Origin: an uncultured Anaerolineales bacterium
GTDB lineage: Bacteria > Chloroflexota > Anaerolineae > Anaerolineales > UBA11858
Length of the DNA stretch: 64,000 nt
Assembly (NCBI GenBank): GCA_964457375.1
Contig: CAYWFK010000001.1
Span: 12,894 to 76,893 of the forward strand
Direction: 5' to 3'
The translations under genes were made by a program, and so were the position numbers. This document shows, piece by piece, positions 46,231-55,809 of the stretch (its first letter is position 1; each line of letters starts with the position of its first letter). The notes under the pieces were generated by a model. It was not told the DNA's origin. It ran no database searches and saw nothing but the letters and a program-made list of their open reading frames with translations.

Positions 46231-46259
46231 AGTATACCAAAAGGGATGATGATTGTCAA
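46231..46259 (-). promoter_or_regulatory. Sigma70-type promoter of sufR-sufT
   Basis: On the minus strand: TTGACA (46259-46254), a 17-nt spacer, then TATACT (46236-46231). The -35 is embedded in the palindrome ATGATTG-A-CAATCAT (46249-46263). Confidence 0.6.
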
Positions 46260-46286
46260 TCATTTCTATGATAAATATCATAAATA

Positions 46287-46315
46287 TTGACGCTTGTTCA
46301 CGGGCGTGCTATAAT
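46287..46315 (+). promoter_or_regulatory. Sigma70-type promoter of sufCBD-sufSU
   Basis: TTGACG (46287-46292), a 17-nt spacer, then TGc-TATAAT (46310-46315). The -10 lies inside the palindrome CTATAATTATAG (46309-46320). Confidence 0.7.
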
Positions 46316-46393
46316 TATAGAATTGTATATGGGACAATTTGTCTCAATAAAGATGAGATAAATTGCAGAATTGAATAAAGGAGTTTTCTTCCG

Positions 46394-47167
46394 ATGTCCG
46401 AGTTGGTGATTAAAGATTTACACGCAGGAATTGACAACAAAGAGATACTCAAAGGACTCAATCTTACAATCCGGCAGGGTGAAATTCATGCCATCATGGG
46501 GCCTAACGGTACGGGAAAATCGACACTGGCGTATGTGTTGATGGGACATCCTAAGTATACAGTCAGCCGGGGGGAAATCTGGTACAAGGGTGTCAATGTG
46601 TTGGATCTGCCAACTGATGAGCGTGCACACCTGGGTTTGTTTCTTGCTTTTCAATATCCTGTGGGAATTCCCGGGGTAACTGTGGCAAACTTTTTGCGAA
46701 CGGCAATCAACGCGAAGCGCAAGGCTGCGGATCCGGCGTATCGTGGCATTCCGATTCCGGAATTCAGGAAACTGTTGAAGGAACACATGGACTTGTTGAA
46801 AATGGATCACAAGTTCGCGGGCAGGTACCTGAACGATGGCTTTTCGGGGGGGGAGAAAAAACGGGCTGAAGTTTTACAAATGGTCTCTTTGAAGCCGGAA
46901 ATTGCTATTTTGGATGAAACCGATTCGGGGCTGGATATCGACGCGTTGAGAATCGTTTCCGAAGGGGTGAATGCCTTGCGTGGTCCGGATTTCGGAGCGG
47001 TAATCATTACCCATTATCAACGAATTCTCAACTATATCAAGCCGGATTTTGTTCATATTATGCTCAATGGCAGAATCGTCGAGTCGGGGAGTGCAGAATT
47101 GGCTTTGCATTTGGAGGAACAAGGTTACGACTGGGTACGGGAAAAATATGAACCTGCAAGTGCGTAA
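46394..47167 (+). CDS. sufC: Fe-S cluster assembly ATPase SufC
   Basis: [18 protein letters not shown] and [10 protein letters not shown]. Confidence 0.95.
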   Translation: MSELVIKDLHAGIDNKEILKGLNLTIRQGEIHAIMGPNGTGKSTLAYVLMGHPKYTVSRGEIWYKGVNVLDLPTDERAHLGLFLAFQYPVGIPGVTVANFLRTAINAKRKAADPAYRGIPIPEFRKLLKEHMDLLKMDHKFAGRYLNDGFSGGEKKRAEVLQMVSLKPEIAILDETDSGLDIDALRIVSEGVNALRGPDFGAVIITHYQRILNYIKPDFVHIMLNGRIVESGSAELALHLEEQGYDWVREKYEPASA

Positions 47168-47201
47168 AGCATGGCTTTTCCCGGTATATTTGGAGGCGTA
47201 A

Positions 47202-48608
47202 ATGGATTCGGAAGCAAAAATCTTGGAAGGTGTCGGCGAATACAAGTATGGTTTTCATGACCCTGATACTTATGTGTTCAAGTCGCAGCGCGGATTGAGC
47301 AGGAAGGTCGTTGAACAAATTTCGCACATGAAGGGAGAGCCGGAGTGGATGTTGGCATACCGGCTGAAAGCTTATGAACACTATATCAAACGGCCCATGC
47401 CGACTTGGGGCGGTGACCTTTCCGTATTGAATTTGGACGATATTTATTATTATGTTAAACCAACTGACGGTGAAGGGCGTTCCTGGGATGATATTCCGGA
47501 CACAATCAAGGATACGTTCAATCGTTTGGGAATTCCCGAAGCGGAACAAAAATTCCTGGCTGGGGTCGGTGCGCAGTATGAATCCGAAATGGTGTACCAT
47601 AGTATTCAAAAAGAACTGGAAAAGAAGGGCGTCATCTTCGTGAGTATCGAAGATGGTTTGCGTAATTACCCTGATATCTTCCGGGAGTATTTTGGAAAAA
47701 TCGTACCAATCGAAGACAATAAATTTGCTGCTTTGAACAGTGCGGTGTGGTCCGGCGGTTCTTTTGTTTATGTGCCGCCCGGGGTGAAGGTGGATTTGCC
47801 TTTGCAGGCGTATTTCCGTTTGAATGTTGCCAATATCGGCCAGTTCGAACGCAGCATCATCATCGCGGATGAAGGCTCGCAGGTGCATTATGTCGAAGGC
47901 TGTACTGCTCCCCAGTATTCCACTGATTCGCTTCACAGCGGTGTAATCGAAATCATGGTGAAAAAAGATGCCCGGGTACGGTATTCTACAATTCAGAATT
48001 GGTCTCACAATGTGTACAATCTGGTAACCCAGCGGGCAGTTGTGGAAGAAGGGGGAACGATGGAATGGGTGGATGCGAACATCGGCTCGAAACTGACGAT
48101 GAAATATCCGTCGTGCTATTTGATGGGCCCGGGGGCGCATGGCGAAATTCTTTCGATGGCTTTTGCCGGGAAAGGACAGCACCAGGATACCGGTGGAAAA
48201 ATCATTCATTTTGCCCCGCATACAACCAGCAAGATTGTTTCGAAATCCATCAGCAAGGATAACGGGCGGGCTTCTTACCGCGGTTTGCTAAAAGTTCATC
48301 GTAAGGCAAACGATGTTCGTTCGAGTGTCGTTTGTGATGCCCTGATTTTGGATGATCATTCCCGTTCGGATACTTATCCGTATATCGAAATCGATCAGGA
48401 AGATGTTACTGTCGGACACGAGGCGACGGTTTCGAAAATCGGGGAAGCGCAGCTGTTTTATCTGATGAGCCGCGGTTTGAGCGAGGAAGAAGCAACAACC
48501 ATGGTGGTCTCAGGTTTCATCGAGCCGCTTGTCAAGGAATTGCCGATGGAATACGCAATCGAGATGAACCGGCTGATTCAGCTGCAAATGGAAGGTTCGG
48601 TTGGCTAA
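47202..48608 (+). CDS. sufB: Fe-S cluster assembly scaffold SufB
   Basis: YKYGFHDPD..., [20 protein letters not shown], and C-terminal [22 protein letters not shown]. Confidence 0.95.
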   Translation: MDSEAKILEGVGEYKYGFHDPDTYVFKSQRGLSRKVVEQISHMKGEPEWMLAYRLKAYEHYIKRPMPTWGGDLSVLNLDDIYYYVKPTDGEGRSWDDIPDTIKDTFNRLGIPEAEQKFLAGVGAQYESEMVYHSIQKELEKKGVIFVSIEDGLRNYPDIFREYFGKIVPIEDNKFAALNSAVWSGGSFVYVPPGVKVDLPLQAYFRLNVANIGQFERSIIIADEGSQVHYVEGCTAPQYSTDSLHSGVIEIMVKKDARVRYSTIQNWSHNVYNLVTQRAVVEEGGTMEWVDANIGSKLTMKYPSCYLMGPGAHGEILSMAFAGKGQHQDTGGKIIHFAPHTTSKIVSKSISKDNGRASYRGLLKVHRKANDVRSSVVCDALILDDHSRSDTYPYIEIDQEDVTVGHEATVSKIGEAQLFYLMSRGLSEEEATTMVVSGFIEPLVKELPMEYAIEMNRLIQLQMEGSVG

Positions 48609-48660
48609 AGCCGACGTGCAGGTTTAGATACAAGAAAGAAACGGATACAGGAATAACATT

Positions 48661-50001
48661 ATGGCAAACGCAGTACAAAAAACCGGCAGGAAGACAAGGT
48701 TCGAATTACCGGAGTTCTCGTTCATCCAATCAGAAACGTCTGCTGCCGCCGGTCAGGGCGGTGTTTTGCACGCATTCAGGCAGAATGCTTTGGATGTTTA
48801 TCGGAAGCTGCCTTTTCCCGCAATGACGGATGAGCCATGGCGGAGAACAAGCTTGCGCGGGTTGAAAACTTCGGAACTGCTTCTTGCGGAGGGGCGTAAA
48901 ACAAACGGGCTGGCTGATATTCCGGATGATTTAATCCGGCCTTTGGCGGGTGAATCTCATGGCGGGATGGTAACGCTGACACCAAACGGGGTGACGATTA
49001 CCCTCGATGATGAGCTTGCCGGGCAAGGTGTTATCCTTGCCGATTTGTCGACGGCAAACGAACGTCATCCTGATTTGTTGAAGAAGGTGTTGGGCAAGGT
49101 TGTCAAACCCGATGACGGGAAGTTCGCTGCATTGGCAAGTGCAATGGCCGGACAGGGCGTTCTGATTTATATTCCCAAAGGTGTTCAGGTGGAGAAGCCG
49201 TTGCATAGTATTCTGTGGGCACCGGGAAATGGCCTGGCGTATTTCTCTCACATTTTGGTCTATATGGAGGAAAACGCTTCCTTGACGTTTGTCAACGAAT
49301 CCGCTTCGGATGATGTGGATGGCGGGCAAACGATGCATGCCGGGATCGTTGCCATTCGGATTGGAGATGATTCTCATCTGAAATATATCGAGTTACAGTC
49401 CTTTGGAAAACATATCTGGAATTTTGTGCATGAACGGGTTGATGTCGGACGAAACGCCTCGGTAGATTGGGTGTTCGGGGCAATTGGATCACGGATGACG
49501 AAAAATTTTTCAGATTTGGAATTGACCGGAAGTGGTGCCAGCGGGAGAATGAGCGGGTTTTATTTTACCGATGGCAACCAGCATCTGGATCATGATACGC
49601 AGCAAAATCACCATGCCTCTTTTACAACCAGTGATTTGTTGTACAAGGGTGCATTGAAGGGACGCAGCCGTTCGGTTTGGCAAGGGATGATTTACGTGGC
49701 GCAAGGTGCGCAGCAGGCGGATGGATACCAATCGAACCGGAATTTGATCCTCAGCAAACATGCACGCGCCGACTCGATTCCGGGGCTGGAAATTCTAGCG
49801 AACGATGTGCGTTGTACTCATGGCGCAACTGTCGGCAAAATTGACCCCGAAATGATTTTCTATCTGCAATCACGGGGAATCCCGGAGAAAACCGCTCAAC
49901 GACTGGTTGTCGAAGGGTTCTTCGAACCGATTATGCAGCGAATTCCTTTCGATGGTGTTCGCGAGCGTTTTCAAAATGCAATTCTGGTGAAAATGAATTA
50001 A
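48661..50001 (+). CDS. sufD: Fe-S cluster assembly protein SufD
   Basis: SufB/D beta-helix paralogue (HLDHDTQQNH...RCTHGATVGKIDPEMIFYLQSRGI), immediately after sufB. Confidence 0.9.
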   Translation: MANAVQKTGRKTRFELPEFSFIQSETSAAAGQGGVLHAFRQNALDVYRKLPFPAMTDEPWRRTSLRGLKTSELLLAEGRKTNGLADIPDDLIRPLAGESHGGMVTLTPNGVTITLDDELAGQGVILADLSTANERHPDLLKKVLGKVVKPDDGKFAALASAMAGQGVLIYIPKGVQVEKPLHSILWAPGNGLAYFSHILVYMEENASLTFVNESASDDVDGGQTMHAGIVAIRIGDDSHLKYIELQSFGKHIWNFVHERVDVGRNASVDWVFGAIGSRMTKNFSDLELTGSGASGRMSGFYFTDGNQHLDHDTQQNHHASFTTSDLLYKGALKGRSRSVWQGMIYVAQGAQQADGYQSNRNLILSKHARADSIPGLEILANDVRCTHGATVGKIDPEMIFYLQSRGIPEKTAQRLVVEGFFEPIMQRIPFDGVRERFQNAILVKMN

Positions 50002-50091
50002 TCAACTATTGTTTATACTGTATAATGACTATGTGCGATTTGACAAAAAGGATTATTATCTATTTCAGAAATTCATAGGCAGGAGTGAACG

Positions 50092-50376
50092 TTGGCAAGT
50101 TTACCTTTTAAAGCAACTCCGAATGATGATCGGGATTATCATGTTGGGGATATTGTAGAAGTATATTGTGATCACGAACAAGAAGGCGAGCGGGTTAGGG
50201 GATGGCTTGAAGGTGTGGTTGTGCAGGTAGACCTGAAAATGGTGGCTGTACAATTCCATGAGGCAGTATATCTCACAGATGGCTGGATGGTTCCGGACCA
50301 TGTTCTTTGGTGCCCCAAAGATGCATCGACGATTCGGCGTCCGAAAAAAAGACGGCGTCGCTCGTATAAAAAATAG
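50092..50376 (+). CDS. Small hypothetical protein, an SH3/Tudor-like beta-rich core with a strongly basic tail
   Basis: TTG start with AGGAG 6 nt upstream. HVGDIVEVYCDHEQEGERVRGWLEGVVVQVDLKMVAVQF, then the tail RRPKKRRRRSYKK. It sits between sufD and sufS. Confidence 0.5.
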   Translation: MASLPFKATPNDDRDYHVGDIVEVYCDHEQEGERVRGWLEGVVVQVDLKMVAVQFHEAVYLTDGWMVPDHVLWCPKDASTIRRPKKRRRRSYKK

Positions 50377-50432
50377 TCCCCATTCAATCGTTTGGTTACC
50401 TTTGAACTGTTATCTATCGAAAAGAAGGATGT

Positions 50433-51692
50433 ATGGCCTCAGCCCGAAAAGACCTTAAATCTGTAAAATCATTCGACGTGGAGAAAATCCGGGGTGATTT
50501 CCCGATTTTGGCGCGGGAAGCTCATCCGGGTGTTCCGCTCGTGTATCTTGATTCAACCGCAACCAGCCAAAAGCCGCAACAAGTGCTTGAAGCGATGGAT
50601 GTGTTTTACCGCCATTCGTATGCCAACATCCATCGGGGGGTTCATCAATTGGCAGAAGAAGCGACCGCAGCTTATGAGGCTGCACGGAATAAAGTCGCAA
50701 GTTTCATTGGCGCCAAATCTGCCAAAGAAATTGTCTTCACCCGGAACACAACCGAAGCGATCAATCTGGTGGCAATGACATGGGGCAGGGCATTTTTGCA
50801 CAAAGGCGATCTTGTCGTGTTGACCGAGATGGAGCACCATTCGAATCTTGTGCCCTGGCAAATGCTTGCCGCGGAAAAGGGAATTGTTTTGGATTTCATC
50901 CCCGTGACGGACTCCGGCACACTGGATTTGGCAGCCTACGAGAAAATTCTGGAAAAGAAACCGAAACTGGTTTCATTTACGCAAATGTCCAATGTTTTGG
51001 GGACAATCAACCCGGCGAAGAAAATCATCGAGCTGGCTCACCAGGCAGGTGCACTGGCTTTGGTGGATGGCGCCCAGTCCGTTCCCCATTTGCCGGTCGA
51101 CGTGCTGGATTTGGACGCGGATTTTCTGGCGTTTTCTGCTCACAAGATGTGCGGGCCTTCGGGGATTGGGGCGTTGTTTGCGCGAAAATCCATTCTGGTA
51201 TCAATGCCTCCGTTCATGGGGGGCGGCGATATGATCAAACGGGTAACGCTGGACGGTTTTTCGGCGAACGAAATTCCGTATAAATTCGAAGCGGGAACCC
51301 CTGCAATTGCGGAAGCAGTAGGTTTCGGCGCTGCGGTTGATTACCTGACTGCAATCGGGATGGACAGGATTTTGGCTCATGAACAGGAGCTTGGCGCTTA
51401 TGCGTTGGACAGGCTGGTAGAGGTCCCGGGTATTCATGTTTACGGACCCTCCGCCGAAGAAAAGGGTGCGGTCTTTTCCTTTACACTGGATGGCATCCAT
51501 GCACATGATGTTTCCCAGCTGCTGGACAGGGAAGGAATTGCTGTCAGGGCAGGGCATCATTGTGCCATGCCATTACACGAAAAACTCGGTTTGGCTGCCA
51601 CTTCGAGAGCCAGTTTCTATTTATACAACACCAAAGATGAGGTTGACCGGTTAATCAATGCACTTTACCGGGTCAAGGAAGTATTTGCTTGA
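50433..51692 (+). CDS. sufS: Cysteine desulfurase SufS (class II)
   Basis: YLDSTATSQKP, SAHKMCGPSGIG (PLP lysine) and RAGHHCAMPL (active-site Cys). Confidence 0.95.
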   Translation: MASARKDLKSVKSFDVEKIRGDFPILAREAHPGVPLVYLDSTATSQKPQQVLEAMDVFYRHSYANIHRGVHQLAEEATAAYEAARNKVASFIGAKSAKEIVFTRNTTEAINLVAMTWGRAFLHKGDLVVLTEMEHHSNLVPWQMLAAEKGIVLDFIPVTDSGTLDLAAYEKILEKKPKLVSFTQMSNVLGTINPAKKIIELAHQAGALALVDGAQSVPHLPVDVLDLDADFLAFSAHKMCGPSGIGALFARKSILVSMPPFMGGGDMIKRVTLDGFSANEIPYKFEAGTPAIAEAVGFGAAVDYLTAIGMDRILAHEQELGAYALDRLVEVPGIHVYGPSAEEKGAVFSFTLDGIHAHDVSQLLDREGIAVRAGHHCAMPLHEKLGLAATSRASFYLYNTKDEVDRLINALYRVKEVFA

Positions 51693-51704
51693 GGTTTTTA
51701 TTAG

Positions 51705-52100
51705 ATGGATGACTTGTACCGTGAAATAATTATCGAACGTTATAAAAGCCCTTTCTATCGCGGTGTTCTGGAACCGCATGATATCTCATTCGAAGACGAT
51801 AATCCGGTTTGCGGGGATCATTTGCGAATCGACTTGCGTGTAGATGAGCATGGTAAAATCACGGAGGCGGCGTTTTCCGGCGAGGGGTGTGCAATTTCGC
51901 AGGCTTCTGCGGATTTGTTGATTGAATCGATCATTGGCAAGTCGCTCGATGATGTCAAGCGTTTGACCAAAGATGATATTCTCGAAATGCTTGGGTTCGA
52001 ACTCGGTCCGGTGCGTTTGAAATGTGCCTTGCTTTCGTTGAAGGTGCTCAAAGCCGGGGTATACGGCGTGGGTGAAGCTACTGACGATCTTGTCGAATAA
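51705..52100 (+). CDS. sufU: SufU/IscU-like sulfur-transfer scaffold
   Basis: NPVCGD, GEGCAISQASA and LKCALL. Confidence 0.9.
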   Translation: MDDLYREIIIERYKSPFYRGVLEPHDISFEDDNPVCGDHLRIDLRVDEHGKITEAAFSGEGCAISQASADLLIESIIGKSLDDVKRLTKDDILEMLGFELGPVRLKCALLSLKVLKAGVYGVGEATDDLVE

Positions 52101-52109
52101 GGACACAAG

Positions 52110-52139
52110 GGTGATGGAAAGCTCCATCACCGTTTTTTT
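52110..52139 (+). terminator. Rho-independent terminator of the suf operon
   Basis: GGTGATGGA-aagc-TCCATCACC followed by GTTTTTTTA. Confidence 0.9.
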
Positions 52140-52289
52140 ATTGCAGCAAAATGATGGTTTGGGTTATCCGGTTTTGAAACTCGGCTGAACTGCGTAGATG
52201 TTGCCGGGCAAGTTCCCTGCAAAAGATGGCGGATGATGGGAGCACCAGGGGGGATTTTGTTGTCAGCCAGCCGCGGATTTGATAAAAAG

Positions 52290-52323
52290 ATAAAGGCTTT
52301 CTGCCGGATTATTATGCCGGCAG
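52290..52323 (-). terminator. Possible terminator hairpin after the methyltransferase gene (weak U-tract)
   Basis: The hairpin CTGCCGG-9 nt-CCGGCAG starts 6 nt after the TAA stop. The downstream sequence is only moderately T-rich. Confidence 0.35.
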
Positions 52324-52329
52324 GTGTGT

Positions 52330-53085
52330 TTACTTTCTTCCCCAGGCGTAGAAAACCGGTACGAAAAGCACCCGTTTCCCTTGTTCTCTGGAAGCCCTTT
52401 CGGCTTCCAGGGTGGTTTTCAAATTGCGTGCGGGGATAGAAGTTTGTTTCAAATCGAGTTCGAGTACATCCGTTTCAAAATCGTTCGATGATTGTTTGGG
52501 CGCTATCTGCCATTCTCCCCCTAAAACGCCATAACCGGCATCACGAAAACCTGCATCGATGAATAAAGATGCCAGCTTTCTGCCAATCAGCGGATCGGCA
52601 CCCTGATGAAGAAGGGAATTGGTTTGCTGAGTCCCGCTGTTTTCGAGAATGGCGGGGAAATCGATTCTGCCGCCATAATCCGGTTCGGCAAATGCGATAA
52701 CGGCACCGTTTTTTTTGGTAACCCGTTTCATTTCTGCGAGCACAGCCAGAGGATTGGAGACCCATAGAAACAGGAAATGGCAAAAAACGAACGGGTAAGT
52801 TCCCGTGGAAAACGGCAGGTGTGCACCGTCAGCCTGGATGAGCGCAGCAGCAGGAATTGTTTTCCGGGCAAAGGCAAGTGCTTTGCGATCGGTGTCGATG
52901 CCAGTCAAATCGGAAAAACCGCGCCGGTGTAAAGCTTGCAGCATTGCACCGGTGCCGCAACCAATTTCAAGCCCTTTTTCTTTCGGGTTGATTGTCAGTT
53001 TATCTAACAAATATGGACGCAAGGATTGCGTCCATATAGTTTGTTGTTTGTAGCGTTCATGCCAAAACCGGATGTCTGACGCCAT
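52330..53085 (-). CDS. Class I SAM-dependent methyltransferase
   Basis: Motif I is LEIGCGTGAM, with an acidic post-I residue and a Rossmann-like layout. It is the last gene of the radical-SAM/lipid operon. Confidence 0.8.
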   Translation of the reverse strand: MASDIRFWHERYKQQTIWTQSLRPYLLDKLTINPKEKGLEIGCGTGAMLQALHRRGFSDLTGIDTDRKALAFARKTIPAAALIQADGAHLPFSTGTYPFVFCHFLFLWVSNPLAVLAEMKRVTKKNGAVIAFAEPDYGGRIDFPAILENSGTQQTNSLLHQGADPLIGRKLASLFIDAGFRDAGYGVLGGEWQIAPKQSSNDFETDVLELDLKQTSIPARNLKTTLEAERASREQGKRVLFVPVFYAWGRK

Positions 53086-53091
53086 CGGGGG

Positions 53092-54252
53092 TTATTCCTT
53101 GAGCGCATGTTTCCAAATGGTTTCCCATGAATCCCTGAGCATATTTCCGAGTACGCGGGTGATTCCCTGGGCCGGTAAAACATCTCCGTCGGGTTCTACG
53201 TAGAGCCAGGCTCTGCCTGCCCCGTCGGGCAGGCTTTCCTTGGTGGTTTCCATGGCTACGGGGTTCTTTGCTGAATACGGAACGGGGAGATCCCAAATCA
53301 AATCCATATGCAGGTCACTGACCGTTCTCGCATAATCCTGCAAGTGTGCAATCGTTTCTTGCGAAGAGGCACTCAAAGAAATTGCGTTCGTGCCCATGGA
53401 TGCCAACCGGTTCAATAAATCCGGCACGCGGTCTTCGATGTGTGGTGTAACGGTGATGTGTACGATGGTATATAAATCATCGGGCAGGATGACTTTCAGC
53501 GCGTCCCAGGATTGCTGATTGTCTGGTTCGAGGGTCATCATCAAGTGGTCGAGGCCGGATTGAAGAAGGGTTTGCAGGTAGTCTTTTTCCCGCAGCCGTA
53601 ACCCATTTGAAAGCAGTCCGGTAACTTGTCCGTTGGTTTCTGCTTTTGCAATCAATGCCGGCAAATCTTCCCGCAGTGTCGGTTCCCCTCCGGTAAAAAC
53701 GATGTGAGGAATGCCCGCATCCCATGCAGTATCGATTATCTGTTCCCATTCGTCTGTGGTGAGTTCCCGATCTACATTTTTGACAGGGGCTGCTTCAGCC
53801 TCGCTGCCATCAGGGAGCCTGTATGTGATTGCGCAGTCCAGCCGATAGGGTGCGGTAATTTTTCCGCTGTATGGGGCGGTTCTTTCGATACCGAGATAGG
53901 TAACCGGATCCAGATCGGGTACATCGATGATGGTGTAAATTTTCTGGCGCACGTCTTCGAAATCGGTTTTAACTTGTTCTTTCGAGACGTGATAGCGGGC
54001 TGCGATTTGTTCAACGGCAGTTTGCGGATCGGTGCCGCGAACGATATGATATGCATATTCCGCAGCTGTCATGTTGAGGTGGAGAACAGTAGCCGCATTG
54101 ATGATCAGGATTCCTGTCCCGTCCGGTTCGATGCGGAGGTGAAGGCGGGTTGGGTTATCTGAATCTGCCGGTGTCTGGGAATGGTATATTCCCGGGGAAA
54201 TTGGTTTTGCTCTCTTGAAGAGATTGCGGAAGAATTGGGTGGTTTTTGCCAT
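53092..54252 (-). CDS. Cysteine-less paralogue of the neighbouring radical-SAM/SPASM enzyme (pseudo-rSAM) that retains the PqqD/RRE-like N-terminal domain
   Basis: ATG at 54252 with AGGAGG 6 nt upstream. It aligns with the 57759..59189 protein (RLHLRIEPDGTGILIINAATVLHLN vs RIHLRVDPDGFGTLIVNANSVTHLN; GIPHIVFTGGEPTLREDLPALIA vs GIPHIVFTGGEPTLRNDLPALIA). CNNDCAHC is replaced by LPDGSEAE, and there is only one Cys in the whole protein. Confidence 0.75.
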   Translation of the reverse strand: MAKTTQFFRNLFKRAKPISPGIYHSQTPADSDNPTRLHLRIEPDGTGILIINAATVLHLNMTAAEYAYHIVRGTDPQTAVEQIAARYHVSKEQVKTDFEDVRQKIYTIIDVPDLDPVTYLGIERTAPYSGKITAPYRLDCAITYRLPDGSEAEAAPVKNVDRELTTDEWEQIIDTAWDAGIPHIVFTGGEPTLREDLPALIAKAETNGQVTGLLSNGLRLREKDYLQTLLQSGLDHLMMTLEPDNQQSWDALKVILPDDLYTIVHITVTPHIEDRVPDLLNRLASMGTNAISLSASSQETIAHLQDYARTVSDLHMDLIWDLPVPYSAKNPVAMETTKESLPDGAGRAWLYVEPDGDVLPAQGITRVLGNMLRDSWETIWKHALKE

Positions 54253-54286
54253 GATAACCTCCTGAGGTTTCACGTATCACGGGGAT

Positions 54287-54889
54287 TTATACCGGAATAT
54301 GGAGATAGAAGCGGACGAGAAACAATGCGAGCGCGGCACCAAGCAGCCCTAATCCGCTGCCAGTCAAGGTGTCGGTAATGAAGTGAGCGCCCAGTACAAT
54401 TCTGCCGGCAGTAACAAGCAGTGCAATTGCGGCGGTAACGTATCCGGCGTATGGCGGAAGCGCAAACAGTATGGGAAAAACCATTGCCAGCAGCCAAATT
54501 CGCAATGCATCTCCGCTGGGGAACGACGTATCTTGCGGAATTTTCGGCTGGTGGATTTCAATCGCTGACGAGCAGCGAAACGGGCGTTTGCGTTTGAAAT
54601 CCTTTTTTAAGGAGCGTTCGATGATTGCGAAAAAAAGATAAGAACCACTGACAATCAAACCGCTAGGTAGATGATGCATCGTCAGCAGGATCAGGGCAAC
54701 GATGAGCACTCCGGAAGTACCCAGTACCCATAATTCACGAAAAAACGGCAGCACAAGGCGCTTTGCTGATAAACGCGGTTGAATGGTTTCGATCCAGCGA
54801 AGTTCCCGGTTGGCGACTGCGGGTATACGGAAGGTAAAACCGGCAGCTACCATCAGAAATCCGAAAATCGTCAGGGGTGTCAGGTTCAT
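54287..54889 (-). CDS. PAP2-family membrane phosphatase (variant motif 2)
   Basis: The motifs are KKDFKRKRP (K-x6-RP), FPSGDA (PSGD instead of PSGH) and GRIVLGAHFITD (R-x5-H-x3-D). The ATG at 54889 overlaps the upstream stop (ATGA). Confidence 0.7.
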   Translation of the reverse strand: MNLTPLTIFGFLMVAAGFTFRIPAVANRELRWIETIQPRLSAKRLVLPFFRELWVLGTSGVLIVALILLTMHHLPSGLIVSGSYLFFAIIERSLKKDFKRKRPFRCSSAIEIHQPKIPQDTSFPSGDALRIWLLAMVFPILFALPPYAGYVTAAIALLVTAGRIVLGAHFITDTLTGSGLGLLGAALALFLVRFYLHIPV

Positions 54890-55809
54890 GGCAGCTGGTC
54901 TAAAAATTGGGGCCAAACCGGATAGAACATGAGCCATTGTTCCGGAGCCATGAGAATGTATTTTTCGATAACCTTGAGAACGGCTTCTCCATTGATGCGG
55001 ATTGATTCAATCAGGTTGTCTTTGTGAATCATTTCGATGGGATCGGAAATGTAAATATCGTACTCCCCGGAGGGAAGCATTCTGGGAGCGACAACGGTAA
55101 TGGGAACGTTGGCTTCGAGTGCCATGCGGATATGCCCTGCCGGAAGAGGACTGGGGTAACCAAAAAAGTTCATCATATGGCGTTTGTTCTGCACCGGCCG
55201 GTCGACTCCGGTGATGACGAAGCCTTTGTTTTTCATCCGGTTCAATGCTCTGGTGTAAAAATCTGCTGAATTGATCGGGACAATTTCCAATCCGGTCAGT
55301 TCCCGAATCTGGTTTTGGATGTGATAGCCGCTTGTCGGTTGTTCGTAAGTGAGCACCATACCCTGCAAGCCGCGATAGCCATTGGCGAGAAACACGAGAT
55401 CGAAATTGCTCATGTGCGGGCCGGCAATGAATCCGCCGATTTTTCCGTTTTGGGTCAGCTCGATCCATTTTTTTGCGTTGGGTGTCAACGGGGCAAGCGA
55501 GAGCAGTTTTTCTTTATCTGAAAACACGTGAAAGAAATCGTACAAACAACGTGCCCCATGCGTAAGCACTTTTTTGACTTGAAGATCCAGCTCTTCGGCG
55601 TTGAGCTGCTTATCGTGTATGATCCATTGGTTCAGGCGAATGGATCGGTTGATTGGTGAATTCCTGCGTTTGAGAATCAAACCGATAATCAACTTGCTGA
55701 TGAAATAGCCCATGCGGGGAGGAAAGACTTTGCCGATTGTCATTCCTGTACGAACCCCAAAGCGGCTGTTGATAATCGTCTGAATATCCATCGACGTTTT
55801 ACTACTCAT
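54886..55809 (-). CDS. LpxL/HtrB/PatA-type (lysophospholipid/lipid A-like) acyltransferase
   Basis: HX4D motif in GPHMSNFD. The length and layout are typical of the Lip_A_acyltrans family. The ATG overlaps the stop of the upstream gene (ATGA at 55806-55809). Confidence 0.65.
   Translation of the reverse strand: MSSKTSMDIQTIINSRFGVRTGMTIGKVFPPRMGYFISKLIIGLILKRRNSPINRSIRLNQWIIHDKQLNAEELDLQVKKVLTHGARCLYDFFHVFSDKEKLLSLAPLTPNAKKWIELTQNGKIGGFIAGPHMSNFDLVFLANGYRGLQGMVLTYEQPTSGYHIQNQIRELTGLEIVPINSADFYTRALNRMKNKGFVITGVDRPVQNKRHMMNFFGYPSPLPAGHIRMALEANVPITVVAPRMLPSGEYDIYISDPIEMIHKDNLIESIRINGEAVLKVIEKYILMAPEQWLMFYPVWPQFLDQLP

Noticed and set aside
47064-48221. 385-aa ORF antisense to sufB
   Set aside because: sufB on the plus strand is unambiguous. 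The antisense product has no motifs and a skewed composition.
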